From Desulfatiglandales bacterium (GTDB taxonomy: Bacteria; Desulfobacterota; DSM-4660; Desulfatiglandales; HGW-15), in assembly GCA_963667015.2 (NCBI GenBank), contig CAXXJJ010000004.1:3072001-3136000 (forward strand): a DNA stretch of 64,000 nucleotides. The letters are read 5' to 3'. The position numbers and the translations under genes are program-made. This document shows, piece by piece, positions 19,421 to 27,233 of this stretch. The notes beneath the pieces were generated by a model that saw only the letters and a list, made by a program, of their open reading frames with translations, was not told the origin of the DNA and ran no database searches. Each line of letters opens with the position of its first letter. Within the stretch, counting starts at the first letter, position 1.

Positions 19421-21725
19421 TTGCGACACGATGTCGCATAATCATATGTGTTGACCATGAGGTTACACCATACATGGCAACACCTGGAGCGTCCCCTCCA
19501 GTCCCCTACACGGGCATGCTGCTGTTGCGCGTATGACAGAGTGTGAAGCCCCGTGGACAAAGTACCGAAACGGGTTCAAATGGTGACAGGCGAACCCATC
19601 CCGGAGCTCTACCGGGTTAAGGGCGAGGGCTGGATAATATGGTGAGATTAATCAAAGACCTTAAGCGTCGTCATAAAAGTCTAGACCTACGAGAGCTAAC
19701 TTCCTGACTTCAGGATAAAGGTCGAAGATCTATCCCTCTGGGCGGATAGATGTGGTGTGGTCATGGGTTTCTAACGTGCCCATGCGGGAACACAAGCCAT
19801 CGGCGTACAGGTACCACCTAAGTTATTCATTTAAGGTGATTATGCGGAACGTGGAAAAGCCGGCAGTCCGCCATGTCACGCAATGCATGGCAAGCTAACC
19901 GTATAAGGCAAGCCCATGGAGGGTCGGCAATGAGAGGTCGGAACAAGCAAATGCCTTCCTGTAGCGGGAAGGATACTGCATGAAACATGGCAGTCCTAAA
20001 AGGTAGAAGGAGTCAAAGGAATACCGAAATGGGGGCAGACATCCGACTGGTGTTTCCTTGCGAGATAATCTGGAGAACCGTTGTAGATGAGAAAGCAAAA
20101 GACAGCTTCGGCTGGTGCACTCAAAAGCCAAGATAAGAAGTCAGACTCCGCATGCTGGAACAGCGTGGACTGGACAGCAGAGCGGAAAAAGGTTAGACGG
20201 CTGCAGATGCGTATCGCAAAGGCTACGCAGGAAGGCAGATGGAATAAGGTTAAATCATTACAATATCTGCTCACACGCTCAAGAGCTGCCAAGCTTCTGG
20301 CAGTAAAAAGAGTGACTACTAATAAGGGTAAGAAAACACCCGGCATTGACGGCATCTTATGGAAAGGCGCCAAAACCAAATGGCAGGCTGCTAACAGCCT
20401 GCACAAAAGAGGTTACAGACCTCAACCGCTTAGAAGGACGTATATTTCTAAAAAGAGAAGTAAAAAGAAACGTCCTTTAAGTATACCTACAATGTATGAC
20501 AGGGCAATGCAGGCATTGTACAAACTTGCTTTAGCTCCTATAGCAGAAACATTAGCTGACCGCAACTCATATGGATTTAGAGAGGGGCGGAGCTGTGCCG
20601 ATGCAGTAGGAGCGGCATTCAATGCCTTAAACAAGCCAAACTCCGCAACGTGGGTGCTTGAAGCCGACATTGAAGGATGTTTTGACAACATATCGCATGA
20701 GTGGATGCTGGCAAACATCCCAATGGATAAAGAAATACTGGCCAAGTGGTTGAAGGCAGGATTTGTGGAAAAAGGGATAAGATATCCAACCCGAAGAGGA
20801 ACACCACAGGGAGGTATTATAAGCCCTACGTTAATGAATATGGTTCTGGACGGACTGGAAGAAGCTGTACATAAATCAGTCCCGCGTAGATCCAGAGTAA
20901 ATTTTATTCGTTATGCGGATGATTTTATCATCACAGGGAAATCCAGAAGGCTTTTAGAAAAACAGGTAAAGCCGGCGGTCGTAGAATTCTTAAGAGAAAG
21001 AGGATTAAATCTCTCTGAGCAAAAGACTGCCATCACACATATCCGGGACAGTTTTATGTTTCTGGGACAAACATTCCGGAAACACGGCAAGACATTGCAC
21101 ATAAGGCCTTCAAAAGAGGGCGTAGAATCATTGATACAACGCCTCGGCGGAATAATCCGCAAATACGTCAGTGCACCAATGCCTGCCATGATAAAGGAAC
21201 TGAACTCTGTACTTCGAGGTTGGGGCAACTACCATCGTCATGTAGTAGCCGGAGCATCATTTTATCGTATTGACGGTTATGTCTATGACCAGTTATGGAG
21301 AATGCTCAGAAAACGCCATCCAAGAAAGTCAAAGAAATGGCTTGTTAAGAAGTACTGGATGGTAGATGGTAAAAAATGGGTATTTTCCGCAGTAGGTAAA
21401 ACTACGCTGGGGAAGAAAGTCTACAGCGTTTTACGCTTAGGCCATTTGGGCATTAAAAGGCATATTAAAATCAAGGCAGACGCTAATCCTTACCTTAAGA
21501 AGTACGCCGGTTACTTTTGGCAACGCAGGCATGATAAGGAGAAGCGATTATTACCAGCCTTGACGGCAAAAGCCAATCGTGCGATTTTATACGCTAATTA
21601 GTGGGAAACGTAGTCGGGGCGTTCCAGAAGATCGTCCTTGTGAAATGCTTGAGCCGTATGATGGGAAACTATCACGTACGTTTCTTAGGGGGGAAAGGGG
21701 CTGAGAAGCCCTTGCCCTACCCGGT
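19421..21725 (+). mobile_element. Group II intron (IIB, CL1-like), 2305 nt
   Basis: 5' TTGCGACACG; domain V 21651-21684; domain VI with bulged A at 21719, 7 nt from the end; IEP inside. Confidence 0.9.
20087..21601 (+). CDS. ltrA: Group II intron reverse transcriptase/maturase, no HNH domain
   Basis: VRRLQMRIAKA N-domain, TPGIDG, GTPQGG, RYADDF, maturase GWGNYH; ends after ANPY...YF. Confidence 0.95.
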   Translation: MRKQKTASAGALKSQDKKSDSACWNSVDWTAERKKVRRLQMRIAKATQEGRWNKVKSLQYLLTRSRAAKLLAVKRVTTNKGKKTPGIDGILWKGAKTKWQAANSLHKRGYRPQPLRRTYISKKRSKKKRPLSIPTMYDRAMQALYKLALAPIAETLADRNSYGFREGRSCADAVGAAFNALNKPNSATWVLEADIEGCFDNISHEWMLANIPMDKEILAKWLKAGFVEKGIRYPTRRGTPQGGIISPTLMNMVLDGLEEAVHKSVPRRSRVNFIRYADDFIITGKSRRLLEKQVKPAVVEFLRERGLNLSEQKTAITHIRDSFMFLGQTFRKHGKTLHIRPSKEGVESLIQRLGGIIRKYVSAPMPAMIKELNSVLRGWGNYHRHVVAGASFYRIDGYVYDQLWRMLRKRHPRKSKKWLVKKYWMVDGKKWVFSAVGKTTLGKKVYSVLRLGHLGIKRHIKIKADANPYLKKYAGYFWQRRHDKEKRLLPALTAKANRAILYAN

Positions 21726-21754
21726 CGTGCTGAAAAGCAGAAAGGAGATCAAAA

Positions 21755-22174
21755 ATGAAAGTGCATCACAGTAAACATTCAAAAAAGAATTCCTCTGCTT
21801 CAATAGTTATACTGATTGTGATCGGTCTAATATTCTCCATTTTAACAGCTTGTTCAAAAGAAGAAAAAGCTGAAAGGCAGGATGATATGAAAACTAAAGA
21901 TACATCAAAAACTCTCCAGCGTGTTAATGCGGATAAAATTGAAATTACAATTGATATTACAAAGGAAGGTGAAATATGTATCCAAGGTGAACAATTTAAT
22001 TTAGATTCTATTCAGCACAAGATAGATGACTTCAAGAATGAATACCCCGATGGACGCATAGTTATCGGTGGTGATATGGATGCTCATAATACAAAAATAA
22101 TGAAAGATGTGATTGACCTAGCCCGTGCAGCTAATGTTAAAATTGTAGTTGTAGCAGTAGAAAAAGAGAATTAA
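21755..22174 (+). CDS. ExbD/TolR-like lipoprotein, cassette gene
   Basis: Lipobox LTAC; ITIDITKEGEI, IVIGGD, VIDLARAA. Confidence 0.65.
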   Translation: MKVHHSKHSKKNSSASIVILIVIGLIFSILTACSKEEKAERQDDMKTKDTSKTLQRVNADKIEITIDITKEGEICIQGEQFNLDSIQHKIDDFKNEYPDGRIVIGGDMDAHNTKIMKDVIDLARAANVKIVVVAVEKEN

Positions 22175-22266
22175 ATTCAAAAAACATAGTATTCAAAAAG
22201 CATCAAATCTTTAAAAGTCAGTAATTGAAAGTAAGCATTCAAAAACAAACTAAACAGGTTGGCGGC

Positions 22267-22401
22267 AGCCAACCAGTGCATCTACAAGGACCGTGCTATT
22301 TTTTCAGCTTTTTTTAAGGTCATCTGCAAACCACAAACCTTCGTGCATTTAATATGGTAAGTAGGCTTGCACCGCCCGGCCTGTAATGCTTTTCGTTATG
22401 C
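22267..22401 (+). other. attC site 5
   Basis: AGCCAAC..GCATCTACAAGG...CCTGTAATGC..GTTATGC. Confidence 0.85.
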
Positions 22402-22419
22402 TTTTAAAAAGAGGATGAA

Positions 22420-23067
22420 ATGTTTTCTCACTTAAAGAGTATTGTTGATTTGATCCGTTCTGGAATTATCGAATTCTCAAAATTTCAATCAGTTAAAGAA
22501 CGGAATAAATCAGTTCTGAATATCCTAAAAGTTTACTTTTTTCTAAAAGATTGCGTTGATGATGGAGAAAAACTCATTACAGCCACTGGTAACAATCCAG
22601 TTGATAAAATATCTTCAATAGGAAACGATGAAGCAATTAGTGTTATTGCAGAATGGGATAATATATTGCGAAAACAAGGTATTCGTCTATACTCCTTGCA
22701 AGGTTATATATGTGGTCAAGATCATCTATCTGTAATTAATCCAAAGCTCCAAAAACAAATCAACGAAGTCATTGGTTACAAAATGGATCGTATTCTGACT
22801 CTTCATGGTATTGGTTCAGCACTAGTTATGCGAAATATTTTTCCAATAGAAGAGTCAAACGAGGAGAAAGCTAGGCTCATAACCTTAATGGCAGGAGTTA
22901 AAGATGGTGATTTATTAGATTTGGAAAAAATAACTGCTGAAATTACAGCGTTAAGATCATCACTCGACGATTATAGAACTGTAGTCGAACGCCTCGTTAC
23001 AGATAAAGAATTAGTATCATTATCTAAAAAAGCACGAAAAGAAACTTTGATACCAGATTTAGCATAA
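22420..23067 (+). CDS. Hypothetical protein, cassette gene
   Basis: GAGG RBS; stop lies inside R'' GCATAAC. Confidence 0.8.
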   Translation: MFSHLKSIVDLIRSGIIEFSKFQSVKERNKSVLNILKVYFFLKDCVDDGEKLITATGNNPVDKISSIGNDEAISVIAEWDNILRKQGIRLYSLQGYICGQDHLSVINPKLQKQINEVIGYKMDRILTLHGIGSALVMRNIFPIEESNEEKARLITLMAGVKDGDLLDLEKITAEITALRSSLDDYRTVVERLVTDKELVSLSKKARKETLIPDLA

Positions 23068-23124
23068 CAAAGGTTTCAACGCCGACAAGGCGTTCGGCCT
23101 TGCCGGTTAAACCTGTCGTTCGGT
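23062..23124 (+). other. attC site 6
   Basis: GCATAAC..GGTTTCAAC..GTTAAACC..GTTCGGT. Confidence 0.9.
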
Positions 23125-23162
23125 ATTTCTTGATTATATTAAAATTCAATGGAAAAAATAAA

Positions 23163-23933
23163 ATGAGAAAATACTTAATCGAAAAAATATTGCCAAATAT
23201 TATCGCTATTTGCTTAGTAAGTTCTTTAGCATATTTATTACTTTTGATAAGAAGTCCAGATTCGATTAGTGATGAATTTATTTCGAATCTAATTGCAGCG
23301 TCAGCAATTACTTTATTATTAGTTGTAGGATTTTCTTTTATAAAATTTACTCGTCATAGAAGTTTTCTATCTTCTTTACTTGCGCTAGGGTTTAGAGATG
23401 TGTTCAGCTCAAGAGATGAGTTGACCGCACATATATCTTTAAATCATATTTTTAATAACATAAGGAGCAATTCTGATCTATTCATCGCTGCTAGGTCTGC
23501 CTTAACTTGGTCACTTGATTATCAAAATTTAGAAAAGATAATAAATGAAAAGAACATTAAAGTTACTTTTGTGATAGCTGATCCCAACCTAAATATGGAT
23601 AATTCACCAATAAAAGATGATCATGGAAAGGATGATATTATAGGTTCTTTAAAAAGGTTGAATAGGATACAAGTTCAGAGTGGAAGTATTGGAAATCTAA
23701 GAATATATCTTATTCCAACATTTCTTCTATCATCATTCGTTTTTTATGAAGATACAAAGAAAGGGGAAACAGGGGTATTAGAATTTGGGGCAGATATGAG
23801 CAGTGATGAACGACCAACTATAATCCTTAATGAAGGATATTTTCTGAAATATATAAAAAAAATTTATTGGAAAATTACTGAAAAAAGAGACCCTATTGAC
23901 AATCTTAGTAGCTACCTTAAAATGTTTGACTAG
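23163..23933 (+). CDS. Two-TM protein with a C-terminal alpha/beta domain (DUF5919-like?), cassette gene
   Basis: Two N-terminal hydrophobic helices; VTFVIADP and LRIY motifs. Confidence 0.6.
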   Translation: MRKYLIEKILPNIIAICLVSSLAYLLLLIRSPDSISDEFISNLIAASAITLLLVVGFSFIKFTRHRSFLSSLLALGFRDVFSSRDELTAHISLNHIFNNIRSNSDLFIAARSALTWSLDYQNLEKIINEKNIKVTFVIADPNLNMDNSPIKDDHGKDDIIGSLKRLNRIQVQSGSIGNLRIYLIPTFLLSSFVFYEDTKKGETGVLEFGADMSSDERPTIILNEGYFLKYIKKIYWKITEKRDPIDNLSSYLKMFD

Positions 23934-23953
23934 TATTAATAAATAAAATCGGT

Positions 23954-24017
23954 ACCGAACAATTTGCTCCAGGTGACAGCGTAAAAACCACGCTGCTCCT
24001 GAGCAACAACGTTAAAA
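23954..24017 (+). other. attC site 7
   Basis: ACCGAAC..TGCTCCAGG..CCTGAGCA..GTTAAAA. Confidence 0.9.
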
Positions 24018-24251
24018 GCTGAAATGGTGGTAATAAAAAAGCCATCATTAATGGTATTTGGGGAAATAGGAAATATTTCCTGAATCCCCAAATGGCAGTA
24101 TCAAAAATAAAAATCCGGGCTGAATTCATTCCTATTCAGGAAAAAAGGCAAGTTGCCATAATTCCTAAATAGAAAATAAAAATGGAAATTAAGTCGTAAT
24201 AATAACTGGTTGTACTAAATACAAAGTCGGTAAATAGCAGGCAAAATCGGC

Positions 24252-24298
24252 TTTTAACCTGGCGTTCAAGGGGACCCGGCTACTATATCGCCGGGCAG
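24252..24298 (+). other. attC site 8, 5' half only (cut by the Y1 element)
   Basis: TTTTAAC complements the upstream GTTAAAA; L'' GTTCAAGG; similar to attC4. Confidence 0.75.
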
Positions 24299-24338
24299 TG
24301 AAGGGGGACGGGGCAGTGAAGGGGGACGTCCTTTAACA

Positions 24339-25447
24339 GTGAAGGGGGACGTCCTTTAATAATAAAATAACTTGATATATTAAAGTATTACAAGTAAGAT
24401 TCGATAATGCCAAGAACAGCCAGATTAGATACTCCCGGCCTATTACACCATATTATGGTAAGGGGAATAGAACGCCGGAAGATATTCAAAGATGATAAAG
24501 ACCGTGATAACTTTATTGAACGGCTCTCTATTCTTCTACCGGAAACAATGACTCAATGCTATGCTTGGGTATTTATGCCGAATCATGTCCATATGCTGTT
24601 AAAAAGCGGCCCATCTGGTATTTCCACCTTAATGAGAAGACTGTTAACAGGATATGCAATTTATTTTAACAGAAGGCACAAGCGTCACGGACAACTATTT
24701 CAGAACAGGTATAAATCCATCATATGTCAGGAAGACACATATTTACAGGAATTGGTTCGATATATTCATCTAAATTCTCTAAGGGCTAAAATTGTTAAAG
24801 ACCTTAATGAACTGGATAAGTATCCCTACTGTGGTCACAGTATGATAATGGGAGTAGTAAAAAGAGAGTGGCAGAATATTGAATATGTTCTGGGATATTT
24901 TGGTAAAAGAATCGGTTCCTCTCGAAAGAAGTACCGATCTTACATTGAAGAAGGAATTTCAATGGGAAGGAAGCCGGAATTAGTTGGTGGCGGCCTAATA
25001 AGAAGTATGGGAGGATGGGATGAAATAAAGAAGGTGCGTTTGACCGGTCAGGACCGAATTAAGAGTGATCAACGAATATTAGGGGAGAGTGATTTTGTAA
25101 TGGAAGTCCTTTCCGAATCGGAAGAAAATCTAACGCAAAAATATGAACTTAAGAGCCGCGGATATAATTTTGAAAAAGTTCTCGAAAGAGTATCATTAAC
25201 ATTTGAATTGGAAGAGGACTACATAACCGGAAAAGGCCGGCAACAGGACAGGGTCAAAGCCAGGGATTTGTTGTGCTACTGGTGTGCTATTAAGCTGGGA
25301 ATGTCGATGGCGGAATTGGCGAAAAGGCTTGAGCTTACTATTGCGGCAGTTAGCTGTGCGGTAAGACGCGGGGAGAAAACAGCAAAAGATGATAATTATA
25401 TATTAGAAGATTATGTTATTTGATTATTAAAGGACGTCCCGCTTTCC
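24339..25447 (+). mobile_element. HUH/Y1 transposase element, copy 1 (1109 bp, 26-bp sub-terminal IRs)
   Basis: Near-identical to copy 2; IRs at 24346-24371 and 25415-25440 (25/26). Confidence 0.85.
24407..25423 (+). CDS. Y1 HUH transposase (RAYT/IS200-like) with C-terminal HTH
   Basis: HHIMVRG, MPNHVH, LFQNRYKS, RYIHLN. Confidence 0.9.
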   Translation: MPRTARLDTPGLLHHIMVRGIERRKIFKDDKDRDNFIERLSILLPETMTQCYAWVFMPNHVHMLLKSGPSGISTLMRRLLTGYAIYFNRRHKRHGQLFQNRYKSIICQEDTYLQELVRYIHLNSLRAKIVKDLNELDKYPYCGHSMIMGVVKREWQNIEYVLGYFGKRIGSSRKKYRSYIEEGISMGRKPELVGGGLIRSMGGWDEIKKVRLTGQDRIKSDQRILGESDFVMEVLSESEENLTQKYELKSRGYNFEKVLERVSLTFELEEDYITGKGRQQDRVKARDLLCYWCAIKLGMSMAELAKRLELTIAAVSCAVRRGEKTAKDDNYILEDYVI

Positions 25448-25465
25448 GTTAACAAACCTTAAAAT

Positions 25466-25554
25466 CACTAACCCACAAATTAACAAGACCGCGGAGGGTC
25501 CATTTTGTTTTTCACGAAGCATCACGGCGCGGCTTGTTATTTGTCCCGTTGTGT
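25466..25554 (+). other. attC site 9
   Basis: CACTAAC..CAAATTAACAAG..CTTGTTATTTG..GTTGTGT. Confidence 0.75.
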
Positions 25555-25567
25555 TGCATAGAATAAA

Positions 25568-25855
25568 ATGAAACATACACTTTTAATAATAATTTTTGCA
25601 TGCCTCATTGCATGCTGTAACAACCAAAATGATGCAAGTTCATTTTCATCAAAATGGAAATCATCTTCTATTGAAGATCGAGCTGCAATTGCAGATGCAA
25701 ATAAAATGTATGAATACCTCAAAGGAAAATCAAAAGAAGAAGTTAAAATATTCCTTGGAGAACCGGACAAATTAGATGAGTTTGGAGACTCAATATACAT
25801 TATTGGTAAAAATAAATCAGGTGACTTAGTATATGTGAAGGGGGACGTCCTTTAA
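25568..25855 (+). pseudogene. Lipoprotein cassette gene truncated by Y1 element copy 2
   Basis: Lipobox LIAC, SKEEVKIFLGEPD; last codons come from the element end (starts 25835). Confidence 0.7.
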
Positions 25856-26943
25856 TAATAAAATAACTTGATATATTAAAGTATTACAAGTAAGATTCGA
25901 TAATGCCAAGAACAGCCAGATTAGATACTCCCGGCCTATTACACCATATTATGGTAAGGGGAATAGAACGCCGGAAGATATTCAAAGATGATAAAGACCG
26001 TGATAACTTTATTGAACGGCTCTCTATTCTTCTACCGGAAACAATGACTCAATGCTATGCCTGGGTATTTATGCCGAATCATGTCCATATGCTGTTAAAA
26101 AGCGGCCCATCTGGTATTTCCACCTTAATGAGAAGACTGTTAACAGGATATGCAATTTATTTTAACAGAAGGCACAAGCGTCACGGACAACTATTTCAGA
26201 ACAGGTATAAATCCATCATATGTCAGGAAGACACATATTTACAGGAATTGGTTCGATATATTCATCTAAATTCTCTAAGGGCTAAAATTGTTAAAGACCT
26301 TAATGAACTGGATAAGTATCCCTACTGTGGTCACAGTATGATAATGGGAGTAGTAAAAAGAGAGTGGCAGAATATTGAATATGTTCTGGGATATTTTGGT
26401 AAAAGAATCGGCTCCTCTCGAAAGAAGTACCGATCTTACATTGAAGAAGGAATTTCAATGGGAAGGAAGCCGGAATTAGTTGGTGGCGGCCTAATAAGAA
26501 GTATGGGAGGATGGGATGAAATAAAGAAGGTGCGTTTGACCGGTCAGGACCGAATTAAGAGTGATCAACGAATATTAGGGGAGAGTGATTTTGTAATGGA
26601 AGTCCTTTCCGAATCGGAAGAAAATCTAACGCAAAAATATGAACTTAAGAGCCGCGGATATAATTTTGAAAAAGTTCTCGAAAGAGTATCATTAACATTT
26701 GAATTGGAAGAGGACTACATAACCGGAAAAGGCCGGCAACAGGACAGGGTCAAAGCCAGGGATTTGTTGTGCTACTGGTGTGCTATTAAGCTGGGAATGT
26801 CGATGGCGGAATTGGCGAAAAGGCTTGAGCTTACTATTGCGGCAGTTAGCTGTGCGGTAAGACGCGGGGAGAAAACAGCAAAAGATGATAATTATATATT
26901 AGAAGATTATGTTATTTGATTATTAAAGGACGTCCCGCTTTCC
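25835..26943 (+). mobile_element. HUH/Y1 transposase element, copy 2
   Basis: 1109-bp direct repeat of copy 1; two synonymous differences noticed. Confidence 0.85.
25903..26919 (+). CDS. Y1 HUH transposase, same protein as copy 1
   Basis: Identical 338-aa translation. Confidence 0.9.
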   Translation: MPRTARLDTPGLLHHIMVRGIERRKIFKDDKDRDNFIERLSILLPETMTQCYAWVFMPNHVHMLLKSGPSGISTLMRRLLTGYAIYFNRRHKRHGQLFQNRYKSIICQEDTYLQELVRYIHLNSLRAKIVKDLNELDKYPYCGHSMIMGVVKREWQNIEYVLGYFGKRIGSSRKKYRSYIEEGISMGRKPELVGGGLIRSMGGWDEIKKVRLTGQDRIKSDQRILGESDFVMEVLSESEENLTQKYELKSRGYNFEKVLERVSLTFELEEDYITGKGRQQDRVKARDLLCYWCAIKLGMSMAELAKRLELTIAAVSCAVRRGEKTAKDDNYILEDYVI

Positions 26944-27052
26944 ACTTTTTAAAGGACGTCCCGCTTTCCACAGTAAGGCAAATGTGGTATTGAAATCGGC
27001 GAAATTGATGAAAACCGGACAGACCTGTCCAATAAACCCTGTTGTCATTTTT

Positions 27053-27170
27053 AAAAAATCAGGAAGAATAGACTTCAGGATATTCTGGGTCTGAATAAAG
27101 CCATTTTTCAGAATCAGGATGTGTTTGCGAGGATAAATAGAAGGTATCTGAAGTCACATAATTTTTCCTT
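27053..27170 (-). pseudogene. IS91-like transposase C-terminal remnant
   Basis: HPDSEKWLYSDPEYPEVYS*; 88-bp repeat of 30050-30137. Confidence 0.55.
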
Positions 27171-27174
27171 TTAA

Positions 27175-27202
27175 GAAAAAACGGCCCCTTTCAGGGGCCG
27201 TT
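27175..27202 (-). terminator. Intrinsic terminator
   Basis: aacggcccc/ggggccgtt stem followed by a T-run on the minus strand. Confidence 0.75.
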
Positions 27203-27233
27203 ACCATACTCCAGATTTTATTGCCGAACTTGA

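Larger units (their letters stand above)
16573..25855 (+). mobile_element. Integron cassette array without an integrase in the window (CALIN-like)
   Basis: Co-oriented AT-rich ORFs separated by attC sites; R' of one site complements R'' of the next. Confidence 0.88.

Noticed and set aside
20087..21601. Retron, DGR or defence RT
   Set aside because: Maturase domain and flanking domains V/VI identify a group II intron; no TR/VR pair seen.
24293..24363. CRISPR-like short repeats
   Set aside because: No spacers and no cas genes; the units are nested copies of a transposon junction.
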